64,000 bases of DNA, from NCBI RefSeq assembly GCF_902459465.1, contig NC_047066.1:21266001-21330000 (forward strand), written 5' to 3'. The notes under the pieces were generated by a model that saw nothing but the letters and a program-made list of their open reading frames with translations, searched no databases and was not told where the DNA came from. The stretch comes from Asterias rubens. Its lineage: Eukaryota. This document shows, in pieces, positions 38,266 to 50,881 of this stretch. The position numbers and the translations under genes were made by a program. Within the stretch, counting starts at the first letter, position 1. Every line of letters begins with the position of its first letter.

Positions 38266-41200
38266 ATGGATACTCTAATGCAACTGTGTGGATTATGTTT
38301 ACTTTTGATTATTCCAGTTGTCCGTAAGTAGTTTATTTGATTTTAATCAGTTTGATTTAATGAGCATACAAAGTAAAAACAAACTCGGGAAAGGAACAAG
38401 TTTGGCCGAAGTATTTGCGTATCTTTACATCACAGATTTTAAGACGCCATCTTTAGATTCAAAAGCCAACTTAAATTGGCATAACCGACAGATTGTGCAA
38501 GTGTTATGTTTATTCTCATATGAAACCGTAAATGGGTACTAACAGGGTTTGTTAATTTTAATGTATAGTAAAAATTTAGCCATAAACAAGGCATCACCTC
38601 TCACCAAAAAAAGGGCAAATTTTACATGACTTTCTTGGGAGAAAAATATCACTTATTCACGAGCAATCACTTTACCAAGGAATGTGAATGTGACTGTGGT
38701 TTAACACCAGACGATGCAGCACTTATATCACACACTCAAGTTTAATAGTGGCATCGTTGTCACTCGTCAGACTGGGGACCCAGCCGACAACATGGCTGAG
38801 ACACCTTTGAGAGATTGGTATGGCATACGACACGCATCATTACCACCCTTTCCAATCTTTTAACTTTTAGTTTTTAAACAAATTCTAAATCTTTCGCATG
38901 GTGAAATTACATTTTAAGTACGTCTTGTGTGTATGGTCGTGATGAAAGTTTCTTTTGAAAGGAGTGCAGACACCGAGAAGAGTGCAGACACCGAGAAGAG
39001 CTACACGAGTTGAAACCGACGGTTCTTTTCAGAACCACCCCAACTCATTAGAGATAGTCATTACATGGTGTTACCTCTCTATATAAAGAGCTACTTTGTT
39101 TGCAACGTTTGTCTGGCTTGCTGCAGACATCTTGATTAACTTTTACTTTTGCTTTGTTTTGAACTTCAGATACAGTACCATGGGGCTACCCTCAAACAAA
39201 ACCTGGTGAGTACAGCCAAAATATCTTGCTTAATCCAACTTTTAAGCAACTCCTAATACTAACAATGCCACAATATGCTCATCTGTGTTCAAGACAAAGG
39301 AACCTGGTTAGTCTAATCAGTGACGGAAATTAAATGAATCGCCACAAAGGCTGCAGCGATAACTCTTTATCGAGTTAACGAGTTGATGCTATCTAATCCG
39401 AGTCCATAAAATGATGAATCATCTGAAATTATGCAACAATTCAACACAGCCACGCCTGTTGAATTAGTCATTTATTTATAATGGTATCCCACAGGTAATT
39501 TCTAGTATCAAATATTATCATTGTCTGGTTCCAGTTTGATACAAAGTTTACAACAAATCAGTACAAGATTTCCTGAACAGCGTTTATGCCAAGAAAAGGT
39601 GATCGAGGTTTATTCCAAAAGCTTATCAATTACCACAATTCCTGAGGCAAACAGGTGTTGAGAAAAAGGTGAGACTGCCACGTCCATTTCAGCCTACCAC
39701 ACCCAGATTGAGAAATCAACTAATTGATTCAGGGTCCATTGTTTTAAACATCTAGACTCCTTGCTTTGGGAACCATCAATGACGCAAAACAAAGAAAACG
39801 TATACGCGCGTACGCGCCACGCACAACTCTCGTCCAATGACGAATGGGCGCTGTTTAGGCTTGTATATGCACGGGCCAATATTGGCTGCCATCTTTGATG
39901 AAACGTGCACGCGTAAAAGGCTATCATTGGCTGATACTGTGTGCGCAGTGCGTAAATGCCTATCTATTATGAGGTTTGATGTCGAAACTGAGGTTCGAAC
40001 TACCGAAACTTCGCGATATCTCAAGAATCTAGGACACAAAAGTATCTACCATCTCATTATTTAAACCACCTTGACTTTACAGGTACGGACTACTGGCCTA
40101 AGATATATCCCATGTATTGTGCTGGTTTGAGCCAATCACCGATCGACATAAGGTCGACTGCTGCTATCAAAATGGAACCCGTCTCGTTTGATTTGCTTGG
40201 ATTTGGAGCCCAACTCCCGAGAAATGCTAATATTGTTGTGCAGAACAGTGGCCTCAGCGGTGAGAAATAATTAGTTAGACTTTAGTCTTATTTTAATTTG
40301 TTATCTGCAAGAGGTTCGCTTTGGGCTAATCCTAGACTTGACCTAAGTCCAAATCCCGTGCCATCGCTCAGCATTCCCCCAAACCTGTTCCGCACGGGAC
40401 CACTAATAGCTATATGGACCTCTCGCTCGAGAACGGGACTTGAATCAAGTCTAGGCTAATTCTGGCTCTACCACAATTATTGAGCTGTCTTTTCAAACTA
40501 AAAACTTTTCGAGAGCCTACAATCTAGTCTGATTTTGAAGAACATAACTCTTAAAAAATATATTAGGTGATGTTAAAATTTGCATTGGGTAAAAATAATA
40601 TTTGGGTTTAACCAATCTACCCAAAGATGCTCAGCACCGCGCCGCGATTCAGGTGAAGGTTATTTTTTTTTTATTTTTTTTTTTAATAAACTCACAATAA
40701 TCTGCATGGAGACATAATATGCAGGGACACTGTTAACATTTAGTTTAAGCACAGAAATATACTTTAGTAGTTACTGTAACAGTAAGAAGCAGTTTTAACT
40801 ATTATTTCAGAAAACCGTACTACAGTTAGTGAAGCAAGTCGCGTTCATACTTTCAATGCCGAAATTGGGCAAGTTGAATGAGCGTCAATGTACTACAAGA
40901 AATAAATACAATGGCTGCCTAACAGTAATCTAATTAAGAAAACCAAAAAGATTACAGATTATTGTCTTACCTTTCACAGCTCAAGTAAAGCTCAAGGGTG
41001 ATTACTTTGTGAGTGGGGGCGGGCTCCCTGGTGCACAATACAAAGCTGCAAGTATTCACTTCCATTGGGGCAGTACCAACGACAGAGGATCCGAACACAC
41101 CGTGGATGGACGCCAAGCTCCTGCAGAGGTAATAATATGTAAAATGTTTAATCATGGGAAAGTACATCAATGTTTCTAGAAATTATTGACCTTCACTTTT

Positions 41201-44200
41201 GAGGAAATACATAACTCAAACAACATGTGGGGAAAGTCTTCAAATTAGGTTGACAGCACTCTTGGGTGTTAAAATTTACACCATGGGTCCTGGTATTGTC
41301 AAATGATACAGACAAATACTCAAAATGTACACAGAGGGTGTTAAAACAACACTAATTCATCATCATGAGATAACACCCAACTACAGAAATATGATATTTT
41401 TCGCTCTTTGTTTTTCTCCTGTACTCAGACTTATTTGATTTAACCGTGTCCGGTTTTGAAGCTATCGACTGACGCTTAGGATTTAGTGTTTTACAAGTTG
41501 GCAATCCTAAAGTATATCACTAGTCAATGCTCTTACCGCTGGATTATGCGTCAATAACCAATGACTTTAGAGATTTCCCGGATTTCCACGACCTTGACAG
41601 ACACTTAAACATAAATCGGAAAGATTCTCGGCATTTCCGTCGTCCACTACTTCAGACATTACATTAACATGTGCTTATGAAAACTATTTTGTTGACATTA
41701 TTTTGAATCATTTACTCCTAGATGCACATCGTGACTCATGACGTAAGATTTGCAACAGTTAGCGAGGCAGCTTATAAAGTGGACGGGTTGGCAGTTCTTG
41801 GATTCTTCATCGAGGTAAACCCATTAAAATCATTACTGCTATGGATCTTATGCACTGACGTCATCTCGTCGCCATCTTGAGCAACGCGAGGCTCACGCGA
41901 AGAGCCATTGAGTTACCTCACCCTGCAGTGACGTCACGTGCATAAGATTTACATAATAGGTACGGAGGCCTAGCATAACTGCATACAATTTCTTGTTCTA
42001 CTTTTAGGTTTGCATTTGATATCGGCAGTTTCAAGACAGATCGCAGCGCACTGTCCTAAAACTTGTTTTAGTCTTTCAGTATTTGTCCTGAGTTCTGAAG
42101 TATCCTTTATTGATATTGGTCTTCAATGTCTAAGTGCTCTCTAAAACCTTCAAGTACAGTTTTATGTCAAGATGACAAATTGAGGACAAAACTAGCTATA
42201 AACACAACAATGCTTACCAGAAAAAATAAATTAACAGCTGAAATACCATTTCACGTGAAGCATCTGTGGCTGTGGTATCCTGCTTATAGAGGCTAAATTT
42301 TAAAGAAGTATTTTCTTGATAGGGCCAAACCTCACAAACATCCTTATCAGGTACATCAGCTAGAGCCGCTAATTTAGAAGCGGCATTATAATTTATTTTA
42401 AGACATTCACCGTCTCTATGCAATTTGACTCCTATGGCTGGCTGTAAGAGCATGGAGGAAGAAAGTCTAAGTTTCTTCCTCCATGGTAAGAGGCAGACAG
42501 TAAAGCGTGTGACGTCAAGGCGAGAGGTATTTTTAAAGAGTTGTTTTTCAACTTTATGTGTCTGCTGACTTTTTCTGTCTGCACATCACTTCCGGACAAA
42601 TCCATTCCGGTGTTTGGGCGTTACCGGCTCTGTCACCGCCCAACTCGCATGGTAGTTTAAGCCATGTGACAATGCTCTAGAGGGACAGATTGACATTGTT
42701 AAGTTTTTTTTTTTAATAGATGATAAAACAAAAAGTATCGGATGTGTCTTGCCACAAAACATTTAATCAATAATTTCCTCTGTTAAGTTGGGTTATTTTT
42801 TACATCATAATTTTCAAGTTAACAGATATTAGTTTATGGTTTAAATGTATATTCTTTCTCTTCTTAACACCAGATTCAAGCACAGCCTAATCCCGGTTTC
42901 CAAGCATTAGTGGACGCACTTGGCAAGTTGAAATACAACGGTATGTTGTTTATTTACTATTCCAGTTCATCATCTTGTTATTGTTTACGCCATGTTTACA
43001 AAGTACATAGTCTTGACTTCTAACAGAGGTTACACTATACAATTGTTGCACGCTGTGACGGGTCCATGGTGTTTTGTACACTCGAAGGGGGAAATGGAAC
43101 CCAAGGCGAAGCCGAGGGTGCCATTTCCCCTCAAGAGTGTACAAAACCCATGGACCCCAATCACAGAGTGCAACAATTGTTTTGTTATACCTTTGTATAT
43201 TTGTTAATCCCCTTCTCAAAGTTTTGTTGTCATCTTCAAACATTACTACGACGGACTATTCATTGTTTAATAAGCAGACGATCGAGAAACAATTCCCTCG
43301 AACCCGCGGTTATTTCGTACACAGCGCTGGAAATCGACCAACGCCGGGAACGATCAAGGTGATGTACACCGGTGAACATCACTTTTCATGTTACCCGGCC
43401 CGTCGAGCCAGGTAACATGCGTATTTGTTGCACGGCACGGGAATGGTTCTCGTCCAATCAAACTTCCACAATTTGTACAGAGGTATAACAAAGCTTAATG
43501 AAAGACAACTTGTTTTCCCCTTTGCAAATTTACGATGTTTTGATTTGAAAGATGAAGGCTTGTATGCAGATTCATGTTTTGTAAATTTATGTTATCTTAG
43601 TGGCTGGTAGTTATAATGGTGGTGCGGTAACTTGCCTGCCATAAAATGACATCGAATGCACAACGGTCTATTTCTGTACACGTGTACAAAGAAATGTCTG
43701 GAAAAATCTTAAGTTTTTGAGAAAAACGTTTTTAATTAAGTTAGTTATGTTACAAAATACATGTATAAAAGCGTGCGATAACTTTTATCGTATGGCCATA
43801 CAAAGGTTTAAAGACAAGTAAACTCAGGGCTGTATGCTTCGTTTTTGAAAGGGCAAGGGCACCAAGGCATTTTCTCTTAGGCAAAGGGCACCCTATGAGG
43901 AAATTGTAAATTTTTACTGGAGCATTTCAAGGGCACCAAGGCAATGGCAAGGGGCAACGGAGGCAATCGCCTCTGTTGCCTCCGTGAAGTATCAGGCCTG
44001 TAAACTATTAAAAAGAACAGTACCTTGCGCCTAATTGTTATTTTTCCCAGCGACTTCTTTTCATTCCCTTTAAAACCAAACGACGTTTATTTCATTTTGA
44101 TTAGTGTCCTAGCCTTAGTGATAGCCTCATGATCATGCGTGTAGCATTGTTACATCCCAAAAGGTTAACATTTCGGAAACTGCTGATAGTTTAGTCTAAC

Positions 44201-45080
44201 AAAAGCAGCACTCCCGTTTAAATTATTTTTAAAAGTTAAATTCCTCGGTTTGGTTTGCATATAGATATATCACTATCTGTTTTACCTTAAAGTTTGAAGA
44301 AGAAAACAATACAAGAGTTAGCAAAGCTTACTGCTATTTTGAACCCTTAATATTTTACATCCGTTCTCCTGCAGGTGACACATTCACTCTTCCAGCCCCG
44401 TTCGCACTCTCAGATTTACTGCCAAACACCAACATCATGATGCCCTATTTCCGTTACCGGGGGTCTCTCACGACACCCACTTGTAACGAGGTTGTAGTGT
44501 GGACAGTCTTCAAGATGCCGATTCGCCTTTCCCAAGCTCAGGTATTTTCAAATTAACTTTTTATTTTATTTACTGCATTGGAAAGTGCGGATTGAGTTCT
44601 CGAATTACCTTGCCTTGTGGGGATTATATGAAGGGCATTGTTTGGTTAGGGTGTATAAATAGACAAATTTACCCAATCCAAATAATAGTTCCCTACTTGT
44701 GTATCTCAAAACTCCAATGAAGATCTTTATACCTTATTTACTTTTTTAAGTGGATAAAAAACAAGCACGTTTTACTTAGTTCTGGTGTGCCATACAGACG
44801 AACTAATAGTGAGGCCATTGGTTGCTTTTTTTTTTGTTTTTTTTTAAAGATTTGTTTGTTGTTGTTTGTCTTCAAACACAACTATTTTATTAAATGCTAT
44901 TAAATGATGAATTTATTTGTTTTTGTTCTCAATTGCCTACAGCTCAACGTCTTCCGCAGGCTTTTAGAAACCTCGGCAGGGGCACCTGTCGAAAGACCAT
45001 TGGTTGACAACTGGCGGCCGACACAGCCCCTCAACGGCCGATTAGTATATCACTCTGCTGGTGTCTTGCGATCAAACTAA
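38266..45080 (+). CDS. Secreted alpha-carbonic anhydrase (~294 aa)
   Basis: Exons 38266-38323 (signal peptide), 39170-39205 (PWGY), 40083-40259 (C..QSPIDI), 40980-41128 (HFHWGS..GSEHTVDG..PAE), 41722-41814 (MHIV..DGLAVLGF), 42874-42940, 44375-44541 (YFRYRGSLTTPTCNEVVVWTVF), 44943-45080 (DNWRPTQPLNGR). Sum 885 nt, phases consistent. Zn ligands H94/H96/H119 present. Confidence 0.95.
43035..43210. mobile_element. Palindromic MITE-like element in a CA intron
   Basis: Arms acaattgttgcac..ccatgg..ttttgtacactc / gagtgtacaaaa..ccatgg..gtgcaacaattgt around gcgaagccgag. Confidence 0.65.
43825..44000. mobile_element. Non-autonomous DNA transposon with CAG..CTG termini (hAT-like)
   Basis: TIRs cagggctgtatgcttc / gaagtatcaggcctg; flanks share taaact (partial TSD). 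Confidence 0.65.
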
Positions 45081-45099
45081 ACACCGCATCGTGCTAACA

Positions 45100-45268
45100 G
45101 GGCTCAATTTCATAGAGCTGCTTAGGCACAAACAGCAGCTTAGCACAACACAATTATGCTTAACAGAGCAAGGTTACCAGCCAAGACTGCAGCTATCCTG
45201 CTCATCTCTGCTTAGCAGAAAAGTGTCCAGCAATATTTTCTGCTTACGCATCTCTATAAAATTGGGCC
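45100..45268. mobile_element. MITE family E (GGCCCAATTTCATAGAGCTG termini), about 20 nt after the CA stop codon
   Basis: gggctcaatttcatagagctgc ... tctctataaaattgggcc. Other copies at 55565-56143 (split), 60877 onward and 63481-63680. Confidence 0.8.
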
Positions 45269-48200
45269 GTGGTGTCACTGAGACGAATGGACGGTCGATT
45301 TGACAGGTTTTAAGATGTCAGCTAACGGGGTTACAAACTTGCGCATGCGTGCTTTTATAATTGTTGAACTTTTATTTATGGACTGACTAAATACAATTTG
45401 TATTTGTGTGTTACTGGTATCGTAGATAAAGTACAACTAAAACTATTTTTAATACAAAATAACATTATATTTACTGCATAAAACAGACAATTGAACTTGT
45501 ACTGTTCTGCTTTTACATAAAAGGTAAAACACATCACCTATTTTTTATATATATTTGGTAAATATTAATGTGTGATTTACATTGCATGAAGACAGGACAG
45601 CTACTCTTTCCTAACATCGCGCACATGTATAAAGCTGATAAGCTCACACAAAATGCTAAGAGTGCTATTCATACGCACAATTACAGACAACTGTATTATA
45701 ATTTCTGGGATTTGCATGTTTTTTGTTTCATATTGAAGATTTAAGTCCATGTATACTATTTTAAATAGTTTTGTTTTGCTTATAAAATTGGGTTTGGGCA
45801 ATCGTACCGCATTTTGTGCACTCATGCTGTGATAATTTGGAATACTGGTTTTTATATTTCATTTAATAACTACTAATAATAGAATATATAACGGAGTGCA
45901 ACTTGTATTTTACTTGGTTTTTCTCAAAGTCTATGTATCTTTCTAAAACTGTATAAACATCTATTTAATTGCTCAGCAATTTGACTGAGAGGTACTTTTT
46001 AAGAATTATCTTTGGCCTTGATTGACTCAAGTTTGTATATGAATGTAATTCGGCAAAATATCATGTGATAAAAATATTAAACAATGGCTGGCTCATTTGG
46101 TTAACAAACACCGTCTCGTCAAACGGATATTGTATTGAGGTATTGATGTACAACAATTGAAACACATTCTTGTTGAGACATTTTTATCAATGTTTACACG
46201 TTTACATCATTATAAACGGTAAACCTTCGTATACAATTTTTATCAGAGCTGCAATCGGTCAAATTATCATTTAAGCGTTACCGCTAAACAAAACAAACCA
46301 CATTTTAAAACTTCTATTGTTTAAATAACTGGCTGTTTCTGCTGATCAATGTTGTACGTTGACTTATCAAATAAAGTGTGTGAAAGTATCGAAATATTAA
46401 CAAACTTCGAAATAATTACAAACCAAAAACATGACCATACAATCTGTTCCAATTTTAATTCTTTGTGAGTATTGAATACATTATTGATCAATAAAAATAA
46501 GACGATGTATTAATAGCACCAAACAACGTTTACAATCGGAAGAAATAATTTGACTATAAAGATTCATTGGTGTTTCTTTAAAATATTTATTATAAATTAC
46601 ATTCTTGGTTTATTAGTCCAAAAAATAAAATATACACCTGACAAACATGATCCAACCATAACAAATTTCAAACACCATGGCAGAAGCACTTTTACAGATA
46701 AGAACAAAATCATAGTCACATGGTTTAAGTGAGAGCTCAAAATCAAGTCACATCTTGGTGAGAATTCAATGATGCAGGACAAAATTATGCAATTGATATT
46801 CATCAGTAAAGTAACCGATTACCCCAAAAATAGGGCTATCCATTCAACTGACATAACTCATAAAAACAGAAACCACATTATACTCAGAACCAATCAATCA
46901 ACACCCTGATATCTAGAAATGATTGTGCAATTCCACAACTACTGCTACATTCTGTCTGAAGTTTCCTCCATGCTCCACTTATGTTAAGTTGGTGTCTGTT
47001 GATAGCAACAAATCTTACATGTCAAGTCACTAAAACCATATGAAGAGATGTATGACTCGTGTTGGGAACGCCCACCAGTAGAGAGTAATGCAACCTTTAA
47101 GACATTTTACAGTAAATAACTGACCCCACCTGTCCAACTCTATCAATAAAAATAAGGAACCTTGGGTTTACGTTTGTTTAAAGCATTTCGACAAAGGACA
47201 TAAACTAGCACAATGAGCTTAAATAAAAGTTGACCTTTCATTCAAACACTCAACTGATGGGGAAAAAACTAATTAAAATTACGATCTTTGGCTTGTTCAA
47301 AACTACCATTCCATTTTAAAAGAAAACAAAAACATTTAACAAAATTAATTAATAAAATTGAATTTTATATGAGTTGTTTATATTTTACTTTGTAATGACA
47401 GATTGGCAATAATGTATTTACACTCCCTTTAACAACAACCTGTGACATTTGCCTGGGAGTCTGTGGCTCACTAATAGGACTTTTGAGTCATCTCATCAGG
47501 GTCCTTATCCCTCAGGCCTAGAAAACCAAACTCTGTGTTTTCCCTGGGGATAACATCTTCCTTGAAGGAATTGCATTCTATACTAAATTCGATTATAATA
47601 TTTCAGTGCATATTATTTCAGTGCAAAATAATTCATCAAATCATCCCATTTGAAAACTTGTATGAGTTGTTTAGAATCATTTACTTGCCTGTGATTCTGT
47701 GGCTCTTGAAACAAAGTTTTGAATCATCGACATAGTCATCTCAGGCTACCCCCTCAGGCCTAACAAATCAAACTGTGTGTTTCCCCCAAGAAAACATCTT
47801 CCTTGCCCTCAAGGAATAAGCTGTTTGCGTGTTATATTTGAATACTGTCTGGTACAATGACGTGCTTGATCACAAGTTATTACATAAATTTGAATTCCTC
47901 AGACTACCAAGGTTTTGGGCAAGCTTTTGGGTAACGCAGTTTTGAATGGATGCATATGGCACAATAGTACTAGGGATTGCTCATCTGGAGGTTTCCATGC
48001 AAGTCTTGCCCAGAACCATTTAACATAGGGACTGTCTCTAAAATACTGTAGTAAATAACCCCTTTTTGCTATGAAAAGTCGCCATCTTGTAGGGCAAATC
48101 GTATGTGCGTCCAAACGCATACATCATTGAAGCACCCAACATTCCCGGTTTGATTTCTACGGCACATGCACGTACACACGCACGTACACACACACGCACA

Positions 48201-48737
48201 TGCGCACAAGCGCCATCTTGTAGGTCGGATATTTGAACGGTGACGTCATATTCAATAAGAACTTACTTGGATCCTCTAAGTTTAGGAACATGCTCCCCCC
48301 GGAAAAAACTACTACACGTGATAGGGTACTTCGAGCCAGCACAGTAACCGGGCTTCACATTCCCAAGTGTCGTACTGAAAGGTACAAACGATCCACTATT
48401 CCTGCTCTTGCCCGCATTTTGTGAACTTCTGGCCAAATCCCTCGGCTTAAAATATCTATCTTCTTTTTTTATAGTAATGGATGGTTTAATTGTAAATTGC
48501 CTTTTTTTTTAAATTGTTATTACCAAATGTGTTCTTGCCAACTGGGATTTGCCATTTCTTTATTTTTTGCCATGTAGCGACTCCTAGTCTCATTAGTAAT
48601 CATTGCTGTAAATTTAATGACAATTATATTGGTTTTTCTAAGTGAGCGATGGTTGGTTTTCTAATCTTATCAAATTGTTTTTGTGCTCTTTTTAAGTTTA
48701 TAAATTTATATATTTTTTTTATTTATATATAATAGTA

Positions 48738-48823
48738 ATGTTTTTCAATGACTTTTTTGTAAACTGTGCATTTCGGCTTTTTAGCCGCTGTATTGCAGTG
48801 TTTTAATAAATAAACCATGAATA
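48738..48823 (+). repeat. 86-bp dispersed repeat identical to 63747-63832 (retroelement-like 3' tail)
   Basis: Read base by base, the two copies are identical. Each contains aataaa and is followed by a microsatellite, (aat)n or (ta)n. Confidence 0.85.
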
Positions 48824-49004
48824 ATAATAATAATAATAATAATAATACGGTCTATAGTCTGAGGAGTTCAAAAGTAAGCGGTACATTGTGACTAAGCAAG
48901 TCCTGTTACCAGACATTATTCAAATCTAAATCGCAAAAGGCTTGCATACTATACTAGATCTGATTATTTCAGTGCATAATTCATTGTACCATCCCCTTTG
49001 CAAA

Positions 49005-50529
49005 CTATTTGAACAATATCATGGTGATCAACACAAAAGTATAGAAAGAAAGGTCAAAGGTCACTAGAGAAGCACCATTACAAAGTCCATGTTTACAACA
49101 GTAGTTCAAAATACAAGGGTCATCACCGATGCAATCAAAACTCAGCTCGAAACATTTTGTGTCAGTTGGGGCTGAACATTGGCGATATGTGATGTCGGAC
49201 ACTCCCCCGGTTATTTTCTGAATGGATTGAAAGAAAAATAAATACAAAACATCAAAACACTAAATCAATGGTCAAACAGAATGCATAAATTACATAGTCT
49301 GCAATAATTATGATTCAATTATATTGCAGCTTGGAAGTAAAATAAGAATGATATCTAAAAAAACACTAGATCTGGTCTAAGATTGTAAAATTGTTGTGAC
49401 AATCAACATGTGATTTTATCAGTGAAACATGTGACAAAATGTACAAACTGAAAAGTTCAAGGTGCTTTAAAGGTTTTGCAGAATACTCCACTATAAACCT
49501 TTCTCGTTTTGCATACTGATTGTTATTTAGAAATTCAATGTTTTCTGATGGAAGTTTAAACAATCATCAACGCAGGTTTTAAAAACATACATAGATCTCA
49601 AAAAATGTTTTCCCTGCCTAATAACAAACAACAGAGGGCTCACTTTACAATACAGTAAATAGCACACAGACCTTATCTCAAATACTCGGCAAAGTGTGTT
49701 TTGCTCAGAATACTGGGCTGAACTTGCTAGTTCTGGGTAGGCCCGCCTGGCGCCACCAACCGTGGCTACAACACTACATGTAATGTTGATGTTCAATGTC
49801 ATAACGTAAACAACAAAACTTGTCACTTACTATACATGATGTCACTCCATCGCTGCACGTTTCCTTCAACTTGGATTCAAGATATGGGTTCTCCATTCTG
49901 CATTCTTCATTGTCCTTGCTGTTACACTTCCAACATTCAAACGCCTTTGTGACAGCTAGAACTGCAAACAAATTGTGAAGAAATATTATGTTACAAATTT
50001 GCATGTAATTAGTTACACTTACAATCTCCAGAATCTGTTATTCCCCCCCCCCCCCTTTTTCTTGTTCTTCTTTAGGGATCGGAATTGCCAGTATGGATCA
50101 AAATTGAATTTGATTGAATTGCCAGGGCTGCACTGGACTCAAGCTCTGGTGTTTTTGTTCAGAAGAGTGGGGGTTAAATGTTCCATCCTTTAGATGGAAG
50201 CTGAAGCTGTAGGTCCTGTGTGTTATGTAGTGCAAATAAAAGACCGCAATTACACTTATTGCTAGAGAAGGGGTTTCCCCACTCTAATAATTCACAACTT
50301 CAAAACATTAAAAAGTTGTTCAAGCGCATTCAGCACCTTGTTAGTGGATACAAGTGGTACAAAAGACATCAATATTCAGCAAACGGCATGTTGGCTCTGC
50401 ATGAAATGACACAAAAAACAATGTGGATCACTCTACAATGAACACCAATAAATTGGCCGATGAATACTAACCTTTCCCAAAAATGAGCAGGAATAGAAGA
50501 TACTTCCTCATTGTAGCTGTACCGTTCAT
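49005..50529 (-). CDS. Ly6/uPAR (three-finger) GPI-anchored protein, Lynx1/sleepless-like (~133 aa)
   Basis: Exons 50472-50529 (MNGTATMRKYLLFLLIFGK), 49831-49961 (VLAVTKA-FECWKC..C..C..C) and 49005-49217 (RQC..C..C..C..YCCKHGLCN-GAS plus hydrophobic tail). Sum 402 nt. The CxxC start and CCxxxxCN end are diagnostic of an LU domain. Probable 5' UTR exons end at donors near 51398 and 53183. Confidence 0.9.
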
Positions 50530-50616
50530 CAGTTCTGAAGAGATAATGAAAAAATAATAATTTGAATATAAGCAGGCAAAGCAATGCAGGGAATGGTGTG
50601 TTTACCAAATAAAAAC

Positions 50617-50881
50617 TAGTCTTGGTTCCAAGACCATTGGTGTTGCGCGGTCACACACGTACACAACCAACGTTCCGATTATGCACTGCAAAAACTGTAC
50701 ACGCTTGTAATGAACGAACGCTAGTGGGCACTCTGTTTCTCTGATTTAGATCTCATCTTGGTGAGATCCGGAAATCAGAGAAACGTTCGTTCATTACAAG
50801 CGTGTACAGTTTTTGCCGTGCATAACCGGAACGTTGGTTGTGTGTGACCGCGCAACACCAATGGTCTTGGAACCAAGACTA
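50617..50881. mobile_element. TA-flanked foldback MITE in a Ly6 gene intron
   Basis: Near-perfect long arms tagtcttggttccaagaccattggtgttgcgcggtcacacac / gtgtgtgaccgcgcaacaccaatggtcttggaaccaagacta. Confidence 0.88.

Noticed and set aside
47430-47810. ~240-bp-period local duplication, with short similarity to the Ly6 3' UTR
   Set aside because: No Cys pattern or splice sites, so no support for a second Ly6 gene.
48070-48430. Promoter-like island (two CGCCATCTTG YY1-like motifs and TGACGTCA)
   Set aside because: No associated gene could be found, and such motifs also occur inside MITEs in this window; insufficient support.
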